A stretch of 53,297 bases of DNA from an uncultured archaeon (GCA_902384685.1 CABMCU010000073.1:1-53297); one strand, 5' to 3'. Counted from the first letter of the stretch, positions 7,846 to 18,064 are shown. Notes: generated by a model not told the origin, from the sequence alone. Made by a program: numbers and translations.

Positions 7846-9411
7846 ATGGGAATGCAAGAAATAAAAGAAAATTTATTAGAGGAGAAACCAGAATTCACAA
7901 CACCTGATGATCGATATCATACGTTGTTTGAAAGGATTAATGCTGCAGCATTTCTTACCAGTTTTGACGGACAGATCCAAGAAGCAAATCAAAAATCATG
8001 TGAGTTACTCGGTTATGATTGGAATGAACTTCTACGTTTAACATTACAAGATATTTTGTCAAAGGAATTTGATTGGAAACAATGTCGTGATGAGCTTGCA
8101 ACACGTGGGTGTATGACCCTTGAATCAGAAACGATCTGTAAAAACGGAAATCATTTTCCTGTTGATGTCAATATCTCGATTTTCCGGATGAATGGTAAAC
8201 TGGTTATGTTGGCTTTACTTTGGGATATCACACAACGGAAAAATCAGGAAAAACGGTTGAAAGAGAGTGAAAAGAGGTATCATGGATTGTTCGAATATAC
8301 AACCGATGGAATCTTCGTTCTTGACGCACATGGTGATATTCTTGATATTAATACCCGAATGTGTGAAATTCTCGATGCCGTGAAATCCTCCGTTATAAAT
8401 AAAAATCTGTTTAACATGGATTTATTAACTGCAAAATCCCTCCCTGTGGTGATCCAGCAGTTTGAACAACTCCTATCAGAGAAAATCGCAGCGAGTTATA
8501 CGACTGAAATTAAAAATCAGCAGGGGAAGATTTTGGATGTAGAGATCAGTTCATTTTTCCTGGTAAAAAAGGATAACGAGGTCGATAATTTTGTTTTAAT
8601 TGTACGCGATATCACCTCACGCAATGAGGTAGAGTTGAAACGTGCAAGAGAACGTGAATTGTTAAAGACCCTGATGGATAATATTCCTGATTCAGTGTAT
8701 TTTAAGGATGATCAGAATCGTTTTATCCTGGTAAATAAAGCAAAGGCAACACATTCGAATGTTAACCCTGAGGAAATGATAGGAAAAACTGATTTCGATT
8801 TCTTTCCTCAAGAGCAGGCACAAAGAATCTTCGATGATGAGAATGCAATTATACATTCTGGGCAGAGAATCATCAATAAATTAGAATGTTTAGTTCGTAA
8901 AGATGGTTCGGAGCAGTTGGTATCTGAAACCAAAATTCCGCGATACAACGAGGATGGAGAGATTATTGGGACGATGGGAATTACACGGGATGTGACGGAC
9001 TGGAAACACGCGGAGGACGAGCTTGCCAGAAACCTTGAGATGTTACAGACACTAATGGATACCATCCCTGATTCAATATATTTTAAAGATATTCAGAACC
9101 GATTCGTTCTCGTTAACAAAGTAAAAGCAGAACAGTGGAATATTCCACCAGGGGTGATAATCGGTAAGACTGATTTTGATTTCCTACCTATTGATCAGGC
9201 ACAGAAATTATCTGATGAAGATTACAAGATACTACAAACCGGGAAATCGATTATTAATTGTATTGAAAAAAGAATGGGTTCTGATGGTTCAGAGCAATGG
9301 TATTCGGTTACGAAAGTACCTCGATATGACCTCAGAGGAAGAATTATTGGAATCCTGGGTATATCACGAAATATCACAGAATGGAAGAAGATACAAGAAA
9401 TAAAGCAATAA
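7846..9411 (+). CDS. PAS/PAC-only sensor protein (four PAS domains, no output domain)
   Basis: Four PAS-PAC units ending in WDIT, RDIT, RDVT and RNIT; no kinase, GGDEF or HTH motif. Confidence 0.85.
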   Translation: MGMQEIKENLLEEKPEFTTPDDRYHTLFERINAAAFLTSFDGQIQEANQKSCELLGYDWNELLRLTLQDILSKEFDWKQCRDELATRGCMTLESETICKNGNHFPVDVNISIFRMNGKLVMLALLWDITQRKNQEKRLKESEKRYHGLFEYTTDGIFVLDAHGDILDINTRMCEILDAVKSSVINKNLFNMDLLTAKSLPVVIQQFEQLLSEKIAASYTTEIKNQQGKILDVEISSFFLVKKDNEVDNFVLIVRDITSRNEVELKRARERELLKTLMDNIPDSVYFKDDQNRFILVNKAKATHSNVNPEEMIGKTDFDFFPQEQAQRIFDDENAIIHSGQRIINKLECLVRKDGSEQLVSETKIPRYNEDGEIIGTMGITRDVTDWKHAEDELARNLEMLQTLMDTIPDSIYFKDIQNRFVLVNKVKAEQWNIPPGVIIGKTDFDFLPIDQAQKLSDEDYKILQTGKSIINCIEKRMGSDGSEQWYSVTKVPRYDLRGRIIGILGISRNITEWKKIQEIKQ

Positions 9412-9854
9412 AAAAAAAAAAATTAAATACCTCTTTCTTTTTTTTCTCATCTTTAAATAGATAGCTTTAGTAATCTACATATCTACTGGTATTACTGACT
9501 AAAAAGAATTTCTTTAAATCAGAAGAAATATTACAACATGTTAGACAAAAAATAACCGGAAAGAGAACCTAACGAGATTTTTTCATAGTCTATTCTTCTT
9601 ATCTTATTTGTATTAATTATGTGATCGGGAAAATAGTAAATGCAGGTTTATTCAAAAGATAATAATTTTATAAGAAGATTTATATACTTATTAAAATAAT
9701 ATAATTTTGAGGTCTGTTGATGGGGGATGATCCCTATTTTTCCCATCTTTCCTCACCACTTCCTCTGGATCCCCCATCTACACCTTAATATCTATCTTGA
9801 GAAAAATTTTATTCTAAGATAGATTTAAATTCTCAACCTTTTCTATAGATATGT

Positions 9855-10889
9855 ATGGAAAAACGATGGAAACGAATAGAAAAAATTCTATCACCAATCG
9901 GTATAGTATATTTCTTGGTGTTAATTCTTTTTGTAACCCAGTCAATAGATCCATCATGTAGAGCCATTTTGAGTTATGAACAACGAAACACTCTAAAAGA
10001 ACCACCAACACCACTACAACAACCACCAACCGGTCCGGGTGGTTCAAATTATTCTCATGAAGGTGTACGACAAACGCATTATGGCTGGGGTGATCATGAA
10101 TTCTGGATTTTTGAGCCAACCAACCCGATACCACCATCAGCACCCCTAATTGTTTTTAATCACGGATGGAGTGCATTTTTTCCCAATTCCTATAAAGCTT
10201 GGATAGAACATCTGGCCAAACGTGGAAATATTGTAGTCTATCCACGATACCAACTAAGCTTCATCATTGGTGTTCGGTATGCGACACTAAATGCGATCCA
10301 AGCTGTAAAAAAAGCAATTACCATCCTACAGAACAGCGATCATGTTCAACCTGATCTCGATAAGTTCGCTATCGTTGGTCATTCACTTGGTGGCGGTATC
10401 ACCGCAGAGATGGCTGTGCTTGCTGAAGAAAAAGGGTTACCCCATCCAAAAGCCATCATGCCTGTCCAACCATTCATACGAAATGATACCATGATGAAGA
10501 ATTTCCATGATATCCCCGCAACAACCTTATTATTGGTTATCGTTGGAGAAAATGACACTATTGCAGGGAATTTCTCAGGAAAAATGATTTTCTCCACCTC
10601 AGATCAGATACCATTCAATCAAAAAGATTTTATTATTCAACGGACAGATCGGTATGGGTCTCCTGCTCTTGTTGCAGATCACTTCGCACCGATCTGCATC
10701 CCTAATAGTTCTTGGGTCAACGCAATGGATTATTACTCGACGTGGAAGCTTTTTGACGCGCTTACCGATTATGCGTTCTATGGTACTAATCATGAGTTTT
10801 GTCTTGGTAATACATCAGAGCAGCGATTCATGGGGTACTGGAGTGATGGAACTCCGGTAAAGGAACTCACAGTAACGGATACCCCATAA
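9855..10889 (+). CDS. Membrane-anchored or secreted alpha/beta hydrolase (chlorophyllase/lipase-like)
   Basis: N-terminal hydrophobic helix, NHGW, GHSLGG nucleophile elbow, GENDT, ADH. Confidence 0.85.
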   Translation: MEKRWKRIEKILSPIGIVYFLVLILFVTQSIDPSCRAILSYEQRNTLKEPPTPLQQPPTGPGGSNYSHEGVRQTHYGWGDHEFWIFEPTNPIPPSAPLIVFNHGWSAFFPNSYKAWIEHLAKRGNIVVYPRYQLSFIIGVRYATLNAIQAVKKAITILQNSDHVQPDLDKFAIVGHSLGGGITAEMAVLAEEKGLPHPKAIMPVQPFIRNDTMMKNFHDIPATTLLLVIVGENDTIAGNFSGKMIFSTSDQIPFNQKDFIIQRTDRYGSPALVADHFAPICIPNSSWVNAMDYYSTWKLFDALTDYAFYGTNHEFCLGNTSEQRFMGYWSDGTPVKELTVTDTP

Positions 10890-11018
10890 TTTCCGTCTTT
10901 TTTAATGGCGTTTATTTTTTCGTTTTGTCGTTTTCACGAGGTACGTTTATATAGATTCTCTGGCAACAGATATCATGCTATTGCATATCAATAGTAGAAT
11001 ATAAGTGAGGTAACGAAG

Positions 11019-11198
11019 ATGAAAAACAAAACAAAAAAATCTAAAATCAAAGGGAAAACCATGTATCAAGAGATTGAAACCGTGCAAGATGATCTGTTTG
11101 ATAGATGCATACGAAAGGGACTTATTGAAAAAACTTCCTTCGGCTATTATTTTACACCGGAATTCTTCGAAACATTAGATATCTATAATGAAGAGTAA
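11019..11198 (+). CDS. 59-aa hypothetical protein, possibly winged-helix-like
   Basis: GAGGT SD plus ATG; MKNKTKKSKIKGKTMYQEIETVQDDLFDRCIRKGLIEKTSFGYYFTPEFFETLDIYNEE. Not in the ORF track. Confidence 0.6.
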   Translation: MKNKTKKSKIKGKTMYQEIETVQDDLFDRCIRKGLIEKTSFGYYFTPEFFETLDIYNEE

Positions 11199-11254
11199 AC
11201 ATAGATAACCCCGCTGTACTTTTCTCCTTTTTCTAAAACAAAGAGGTAATTTTA

Positions 11255-11743
11255 CTATTTTTTCTTCCGTCTGAGTCTCTCCCTTGTATAAGGTAATAAC
11301 CCGCCAGAATCACGGATTGCGAGAATTTCTTTTGGAAGCTTTTGGAACGAGAAGGTATTCGAACCAATCATAATGGTACCTTTCTCAACATCAAGCCCGA
11401 CGCGATCTCCTTGTTTATATGCTTTCACTGCTTCAGGACATTCAATAAGCAACAGACCTTGATTGATAGATGATCGATAGAAGATCCGAGCAAAACTTTC
11501 TGCAACAACCGCAGCAATACCAGCCGCTTTTATTCCAAGAACAGGTTGTTCACGAGAGCTCCCACAACCAAAGTTTCTCCCAGCAAAAATAAGATCACCT
11601 TCTTTTACATTTTTAGCAAACAGGGGATCTAAATCCTCAAGCAGATGTGGCCTGATTTCTTCTGCAGTGCTGCAGGTGTAGGTGTATTTTCCTGGAAAGA
11701 GCATATCGGTATTGATGTTATCACCGTACTTCCAGATTTTCAT
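11255..11743 (-). CDS. leuD: Isopropylmalate/homoaconitate-family hydratase small subunit
   Basis: [26 protein letters not shown]; ATGA overlap with the large subunit. Confidence 0.9.
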   Translation of the reverse strand: MKIWKYGDNINTDMLFPGKYTYTCSTAEEIRPHLLEDLDPLFAKNVKEGDLIFAGRNFGCGSSREQPVLGIKAAGIAAVVAESFARIFYRSSINQGLLLIECPEAVKAYKQGDRVGLDVEKGTIMIGSNTFSFQKLPKEILAIRDSGGLLPYTRERLRRKKK

Positions 11744-13008
11744 TTTCGCATCTCCTTTCGAGGATCGGTGATTTTCCCATAAATAGCAGATACCGCAACG
11801 ATTGCTGGACTTGCCAGATAGATTTCTGCTTCGTTACATCCCATACGTCCCTTAAAATTTCGATTTGATGTACTAAGACATCGTTCACCAGGTGCAAGCA
11901 CACCCTGATGTGCACCCAAACACGGTCCACAGCCAGGTGGGAGCACCGTGGCTCCTGCTTCAATAAAAATTTTAATAAGACCTTCTTTTAATGCATCAAG
12001 ATATATTTTTCGAGAAGCAGGAAGTATCAACAACCGCACATATGGATGTACCATCTTTCCTTTCAAAATTTTCGCGGCAATCTGAAAATCAGATAACCTC
12101 CCGTTCGTGCACGTACCAAGGAGACATTGCTGGATTTCGATCCCCTCAACTTCCTTTATCGGTTTGACTTTGTCAACACCGTGTGGTACCGCAATAACTG
12201 GTTCAATCATCGTAAGATTATATGTGAGTTCTCGACTATAGGTTGCATCATCATCAGGGTTGATAGCTGTATACTTTGATTTTAAAATTCCAATCGATTT
12301 TAGGTAATTTATCGTCACATCATCAACAGGGAATACCGCGTTTTTTGCTCCCATCTCTACACCCATATTTGCAATGGTAAATCGCTCTTCAACTGAGAAT
12401 CGATTAACGTTTCCATGGAACTCTACAGAACAATAATCAGCACCAGACGCGGACACATCTCCAATAACAGAGAGAATCACATCCTTCGCAGTAACCATAC
12501 GCTGTAACTGACCTTTCAATGTTATTTTGATGCTCTGAGGAACCTTCAGCCACGTCTCACCCGTAAGTAATAACGCAGCAGCCTCGGTTCGATCTATTCC
12601 TGAGGAAAACGCACCAACCGCCCCATACGAACATGTATGGGAATCACTCCCCAGCACAATTGTTCCTGGTAACGCAAGACCGTTCTCAACGATTATCTGA
12701 TGACAGATCCCGGACCCGACATCAAAAAAATGTTTTATCTTGTAGTTCTTGACAAACTCACGGATTTGTTTATGTTGTACAGCATTTTTTTCAGCTGCCG
12801 CCGGGATGACATGATCTAGGACAATAACAGGAAGGGATCTGTTGAAGATACCATACTCTTTTAATTCTGGTTGTATCTTTGATATAATTGGTGCTGCATT
12901 ATCATGCATGAGCAAATGATCAGGTTTTATTGTCAAGATTTGCCCGGGCACGACCTTTTTTTCACTACCATATTTTGCTAGGATTTTTTCTGCAAAAGTC
13001 ATTCCCAT
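11740..13008 (-). CDS. leuC: Isopropylmalate/homoaconitate-family hydratase large subunit
   Basis: GICH, DSHT, GTCTNGR, GCGPC, TSNRNFKGRMG; three Fe-S Cys present. Confidence 0.92.
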   Translation of the reverse strand: MGMTFAEKILAKYGSEKKVVPGQILTIKPDHLLMHDNAAPIISKIQPELKEYGIFNRSLPVIVLDHVIPAAAEKNAVQHKQIREFVKNYKIKHFFDVGSGICHQIIVENGLALPGTIVLGSDSHTCSYGAVGAFSSGIDRTEAAALLLTGETWLKVPQSIKITLKGQLQRMVTAKDVILSVIGDVSASGADYCSVEFHGNVNRFSVEERFTIANMGVEMGAKNAVFPVDDVTINYLKSIGILKSKYTAINPDDDATYSRELTYNLTMIEPVIAVPHGVDKVKPIKEVEGIEIQQCLLGTCTNGRLSDFQIAAKILKGKMVHPYVRLLILPASRKIYLDALKEGLIKIFIEAGATVLPPGCGPCLGAHQGVLAPGERCLSTSNRNFKGRMGCNEAEIYLASPAIVAVSAIYGKITDPRKEMRK

Positions 13009-13014
13009 ATTATC

Positions 13015-14820
13015 TCACCGTTCTAATAAACCTCTGCGCAGATAGATTTCTTTTTGCACCTCAGAAAATGGTTTTACTTGAAATGTTTTTCCCTGTGTTT
13101 TATTCTTAAATATACCGGTAATAAAATCAATAAAAACGATGTCTTTCTCATGTATCTTTTTTGTAATATCATCTGCAACAAGAATTGACATCCCACTATT
13201 GATCGCATTTCTTTCGTATATCGCACCAAACGATTCTGCGACTATCGTACTAATTCCTAATGCTTTGAAACAGTCGACTGCCTGCTGCCGAGAACTCCCA
13301 CAGCCGAAATTTTTCCCAACCACAACGATATCACCTTTCTTCGCTTCTTTAGCAAATTGTTCATATCCCTTCAGGTTCCCAAATGTATATTGTCCCATCT
13401 CTGATATAATAGTGAGCGAAAGATGTCTGTTGTGGTAGATCATATCGGTGTCAATGTTATCTTTTTGGATAAGCCACACTCTACCTTCAACGCTGAGCGG
13501 CGGGACAACCAGCTCGTTCTTCTGAAGTGTTTCACTTTTTGTAAGAATCTTTTCAACTTTCACTGATACTGGTTTCATTGGAATCGCATCAACAGTTGTG
13601 ATGTACCCGGCAAGTAATGATGCTGCGACGGTTTCTGGTGACGCCAGGAAAATGTCCCCTTTTCCTTGTTTCCCGACAAAGTTCCGATTTCCAGAAGAAA
13701 TTGTAACTTCTCCTGTTCCAGTTTGACCGATTTGTCCAGCAGCACATCCGGCACAACCGGCGGAACCAACTAATGCTCCCGCGTCTTTGAAAATATTTAT
13801 TAATCCTTCCTTCAGACAGGTATTCCATATCGTGTCAGTAGCAGGGACAATTTTCAGGATTCTTCCTGGTGCTATTGTTTTATCTTTCAGAATAGCAGCA
13901 ACTGCCCGCATATCCTCGAGGCGAGCATTGGTACTCGATCCGACAAAGCCAGAATTAACAATTACACCTCTAACATCAGCTACATTCACAACATCCTCCG
14001 GATGACCAGGACGCGATATCTGTGGTGGAAGTTCTGAGATGTTTATTTCCATGGTACGTTCGTAATGTGCATCAGGATCTGCGTTAATTGGTTTGATAGT
14101 AATTCCAAACGTTTTTTTGTAGTACTCCATGACTTTCTGGTTGGTGGGAAACAAGATGATGATACCGCCCATTTCCGTTGCCATTGATGCTATCGTAATC
14201 CTCCCATCTAATGATAACGAATCAATATATTCACCGTAGAGTTCTGCAGAATACCCAAGTAGTCCATTCGCTCCAAGTTCTTTATTCATCTTTAATACAA
14301 CATCTTTCGGGGTTGCAGTTTTTAATGGTTTACCCTTGAGAATAATTTTTATTGAGGGGGGAACCTTAAACCAAATCGTCCCATGGGCGAACGTATGTGC
14401 AATATCAATATCGCCCATCCCTTGACCGAATGCACCAAGTGCACCGAGGATGTTCGCGTGAGAATCTGTTGATACGAACGTATACCCTGGAGATATAAGT
14501 CCTTCTTCGAATGCGAGATGGGTTCCAATGCCACTGTTGATATCATATATTTTAATACCGTATTTCCTGGCAAACTCCCGACAGATCTGTTGGTTCTCTG
14601 CGTATTTTTGATCGCAGCCGCCAGGATTACAATCAAAGGTGAAGAACGTGCTCTTCGGATCGTGGATAGAAAGGTTGTTTTCTTCAAGGCGTTTGACGAC
14701 GTTTGCTCCACCGAAATCACGTGCAACTCTTACGTCAATAACAATATCTATGATTTCATCGACATCTGCAGTACTTTTTGAATGAGCTTCAAAAATTTTT
14801 TGAATAATGGTTTTTCCCAT
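13015..14820 (-). CDS. Fused large+small subunit aconitase-family hydratase; first Fe-S Cys replaced by Ser
   Basis: DSHA, GSSTN, GCAGC, NRNF, then DNIDTD and [10 protein letters not shown] in one polypeptide. Confidence 0.88.
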   Translation of the reverse strand: MGKTIIQKIFEAHSKSTADVDEIIDIVIDVRVARDFGGANVVKRLEENNLSIHDPKSTFFTFDCNPGGCDQKYAENQQICREFARKYGIKIYDINSGIGTHLAFEEGLISPGYTFVSTDSHANILGALGAFGQGMGDIDIAHTFAHGTIWFKVPPSIKIILKGKPLKTATPKDVVLKMNKELGANGLLGYSAELYGEYIDSLSLDGRITIASMATEMGGIIILFPTNQKVMEYYKKTFGITIKPINADPDAHYERTMEINISELPPQISRPGHPEDVVNVADVRGVIVNSGFVGSSTNARLEDMRAVAAILKDKTIAPGRILKIVPATDTIWNTCLKEGLINIFKDAGALVGSAGCAGCAAGQIGQTGTGEVTISSGNRNFVGKQGKGDIFLASPETVAASLLAGYITTVDAIPMKPVSVKVEKILTKSETLQKNELVVPPLSVEGRVWLIQKDNIDTDMIYHNRHLSLTIISEMGQYTFGNLKGYEQFAKEAKKGDIVVVGKNFGCGSSRQQAVDCFKALGISTIVAESFGAIYERNAINSGMSILVADDITKKIHEKDIVFIDFITGIFKNKTQGKTFQVKPFSEVQKEIYLRRGLLER

Positions 14821-15534
14821 AGTATTTGTCCCTCTAGGATTATTTTTTTACAATGTTTTCCCCGTTGGTACCTCTAATCAATTGTGAGTATGAAAGCATT
14901 GTGGTTTTATTACCTATAAAAATTGATATAATAATATAATCATTCCTACTCCTTTCATACTGTGTTGTATGAATGTACTATTGCGTTTTATGAAAATTTT
15001 TTTATATAATTTAACGTCTTGATATCTTGAAAATACTTTTTTAGAATTTTTAATTTAGATTTCTCAATATTTTCTTTTCTCCGTGGCTTTGTCTTGGGAG
15101 ACCTCATAGAACATTCGTAGTGATCATTTTCCAATCCGCGATGAGATCGTTCGAAATTATTATCAATTACTTAGAATCTACAATCGGGTATTGTATAGTT
15201 TAGAGGTGGAAAATTTATAGTGGAAAATCAGGGTTGGTATCGTGCAATAATGTATGGGGAGTTCAGCTGGGAAACTAAGAAAGATGAACAAGGAGACAAG
15301 AATAGTCTATATAGAAGTTTTACCTTATCTATGATCGACTCCCCGAGAATTATTATCTTATTATTGTATAAAAGAATATTTTACCTTTATTGTTACAAAT
15401 GTAACCAAAAATATAATAAATTATAAATATAGATGATGGTTTAGTTTTATTTGAGAAAAAGGAGAAAGGGATGTTTAACGATCTTCACCTGTATTCCCGA
15501 TTTTTTTTCCCTATCCTCCTTTAAGAGGAAGAAC

Positions 15535-15684
15535 ATGATAAAATGCAAATTTCTTGAACAATATCGTATTCCGACGGTTACACTTGATGGTGAAGAACAC
15601 GTGGTAAGTGAACGGTGTAGGTTAGGTAATGAAGTCCCATTAGATGGCTGTTTAGAAGATTGTCCTGACTTTGAATCAGTATGA
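15535..15684 (+). CDS. 49-aa four-Cys micro-protein
   Basis: GAGGA SD plus ATG; MIKCKFLEQYRIPTVTLDGEEHVVSERCRLGNEVPLDGCLEDCPDFESV. Confidence 0.6.
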   Translation: MIKCKFLEQYRIPTVTLDGEEHVVSERCRLGNEVPLDGCLEDCPDFESV

Positions 15685-15808
15685 TGTTTTAGCTCTTTTA
15701 TGTTGTATTGTTGTATGTATCAACGTGAGCCATTTGTTTTCTCCCTCAACTGTTATCCCTGCTTCATCAGAAGGTGTTCTCCTATCGAGTACAATCGGGC
15801 TCCGTAAA

Positions 15809-15856
15809 CCACAGTTGATTTCCCACAGTAAAAATCCCACAGTGATTTTGCACAGA
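15809..15856. repeat. CCACAGT direct repeats with 14-bp period
   Basis: Copies at 15809, 15823, 15837 and a degenerate GCACAGA at 15850. Confidence 0.7.
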
Positions 15857-16059
15857 GCCTTATAAATCTAAGGTAAAAGTCAAATCGTAGTCTTCCCTTT
15901 TGATAAAAAACTCCTGATAAAAGTCCTCTATATAGTGTAGATTGGCAATCAACACACAAGGGGCGACCAATAGTACCAACACAATTAGTTTTTAAAACTG
16001 TTTGCAAACACTAAATTGACAAAAAGAAATTAAAAAATAGTATTTATGACTAATATCAA

Positions 16060-16470
16060 TCATGTATTTAATTTAGGCCATTTCCATGCATGCCAGACGA
16101 TCAAAAACGCAATTATTACCCCAACAGCTTCTAACAAAAGGTGACCGCTAAATTCTTGACCCATACTTAAAGGAAGAACTATAGAAAAAATAAGGTAAAT
16201 ACCAAAGAAAAGACCTAGAGCAGCATTTGTATAACGATTTGTTCTCTCTTTCAGGACTAATGTAAGGAACGCCATTGTTAAAGGAATAAGCCAAAAGAGC
16301 GAAAACACTATTAAAAAACCAGTATTTATCTCCATTCCCTCAAACTTACCTGCAATAATATTATTTATTACACCAGGTGCAAGAATGTACAATATCTGTG
16401 TACCTGAACAGCCTGCCGCAAGAATAATCCATAACACGGTAATTCTAAGTTTCCAAACTAATTCTTCCAT
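16060..16470 (-). CDS. Four-TM membrane protein
   Basis: Four hydrophobic segments, C-terminal WHAWKWP. Confidence 0.8.
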   Translation of the reverse strand: MEELVWKLRITVLWIILAAGCSGTQILYILAPGVINNIIAGKFEGMEINTGFLIVFSLFWLIPLTMAFLTLVLKERTNRYTNAALGLFFGIYLIFSIVLPLSMGQEFSGHLLLEAVGVIIAFLIVWHAWKWPKLNT

Positions 16471-16630
16471 AAATTTCCTTTCTCCTTTCTCACCAATAGA
16501 GAACTAATCAACCAATCATTTTAATATTTTACTATACAAGAACAATTCACAAAGAGTTCTGTCTCTTTAAGGGTAATATTATAGTTTTTTTGTATAACAC
16601 GATAAAAAAAAGAAAAAGATAAAATTGAAC

Positions 16631-16900
16631 TTACTTCTTATCTCTTCTTTCAGACTCTACACCATACCAAGACTTCAAAGCTACTACTTGTACATGAGGA
16701 GCTATACTAATCACAGCGAAAAAAAGTCCAAGCAGTAACCAAGTTGTTGACGCCAAGTGAAGATCGATCTTCAATGCTTCTCCAATGACTCCTGCTATAA
16801 TAAATAGCAAGGCAATAATTAAACAACAGAGGTTCGACCATCTCCATTTTTTAATATCTTTCCTTACTTCATTCCAATCCTTATATGGTTTACCACTCAT
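16631..16900 (-). CDS. Small two-TM membrane protein
   Basis: AAGGAG SD plus ATG; two hydrophobic helices. Confidence 0.75.
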   Translation of the reverse strand: MSGKPYKDWNEVRKDIKKWRWSNLCCLIIALLFIIAGVIGEALKIDLHLASTTWLLLGLFFAVISIAPHVQVVALKSWYGVESERRDKK

Positions 16901-17287
16901 TCTCCTTATACCTCAATAATATCAACTGATGATATGTTATATAATTTTACATTTGTGTTCTACTATTTACAAAAACAAAATATATAAAACTTCCAGAATA
17001 AGAGGAAAGGGAAAAATTAGGGGATATATGAAGAATCTGTACCCTTCCTCCTTCTCCACAATAAAACTATACTACCATCTCTATAAATGCTTTTCTACAT
17101 TTTGTGTTACATTTGTAACGTTAGAGGAGGAAATATTTATTTACTACCATTTTATATATTTCTTTGGGGGTCTGGATTCTCCAAGTAGAGTTGAGTTAAC
17201 GATTATCTTTTTTTTGCCTACCCTTTTTTAAAAAACCAGATCCCTCCTTTCCTTCAAACAACGAGTTTTATGCAATACCAGATCTTC

Positions 17288-17443
17288 TTAGTCTTTTACT
17301 TCACCTATTCCTTTACAAACAGGACATATTCCTGTTGTACCGCAACGTATACAATTATCATCTGCCATAACTCCAATAATACTACCAGTTCCATTACAGT
17401 GACAGCATTCACCACTTCCACGACAACTTGCACATACAGCCAT
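17288..17443 (-). CDS. 51-aa stand-alone DnaJ-type CxxCxGxG zinc-finger protein
   Basis: MAVCASCRGSGECCHCNGTGSIIGVMADDNCIRCGTTGICPVCKGIGEVKD; GAGG SD; promoter motif at 17481-17496. Not in the ORF track. Confidence 0.85.
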   Translation of the reverse strand: MAVCASCRGSGECCHCNGTGSIIGVMADDNCIRCGTTGICPVCKGIGEVKD

Positions 17444-17622
17444 TATTATCCTCTAAATTACAAATTCAAAGCATTCAAATCCTTAAAAACATATCCGTTT
17501 TCCAACCCCAATTTCCCAACGAAGATTTCCTAACGCTATATTACACAGAACCTATGACGAAAATATTTATATAAATTCACTGTCTTAACTTTTATAAAAT
17601 AAAAAGGGAGGTATTAGATAGA

Positions 17623-18045
17623 ATGAGAAAAATAATATTTTTAATAGCCTTTTGTATAATAACAAGTCTATCATTACCATTAGTAACCGCAGAAAACACC
17701 ACAAATAATACTGGACCAGAATTTGAAGTCGGTCTTTATACAAGCATAGGATTCGGTTTAAGTTTTCATGGTTTTGAAATATCGGTAAAAAACATCGGTG
17801 ATTCAACAGCTCATAATGTAACACTTACCAATTTAAGTATCGAAGGAAATGTAATTTATAATAATCGAGTTACAAAGTGGGAAAGGGATATTGAATCAGG
17901 AACTACCTTATTAGGTTCTCCTAATAGTTTATTCATTGGTATAGGAAGATTCACTGCGACAATGACAGTTACTTGCGATGAAGGAATCTTTGGTACAGGT
18001 AGTGGAAATGGTTTTATCTTTGGTCCTTTTATAATAGTACCATAA
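17623..18045 (+). CDS. Secreted beta-sandwich (CARDB/Ig-like) protein
   Basis: Signal peptide; VKNIGDSTAHNV motif; GGAGGT SD. Confidence 0.7.
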   Translation: MRKIIFLIAFCIITSLSLPLVTAENTTNNTGPEFEVGLYTSIGFGLSFHGFEISVKNIGDSTAHNVTLTNLSIEGNVIYNNRVTKWERDIESGTTLLGSPNSLFIGIGRFTATMTVTCDEGIFGTGSGNGFIFGPFIIVP

Positions 18046-18064
18046 AACTAAATTTCCCTACCTA

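Noticed and set aside
15738-15772. Hammerhead ribozyme suggested by CTGATGA...GAAA on the minus strand
   Set aside because: No stem II can close directly before GAAA.
15809-15856. CRISPR array or replication-origin ORB boxes
   Set aside because: Repeats are only 7 bp with 7-bp spacers, do not match the ORB pattern, and no cas or cdc6 gene is present.
16929-17533. Plus-strand ORFs 16929-17231 and 17270-17533
   Set aside because: Low-complexity frames; the second is the antisense of the CxxCxGxG gene.
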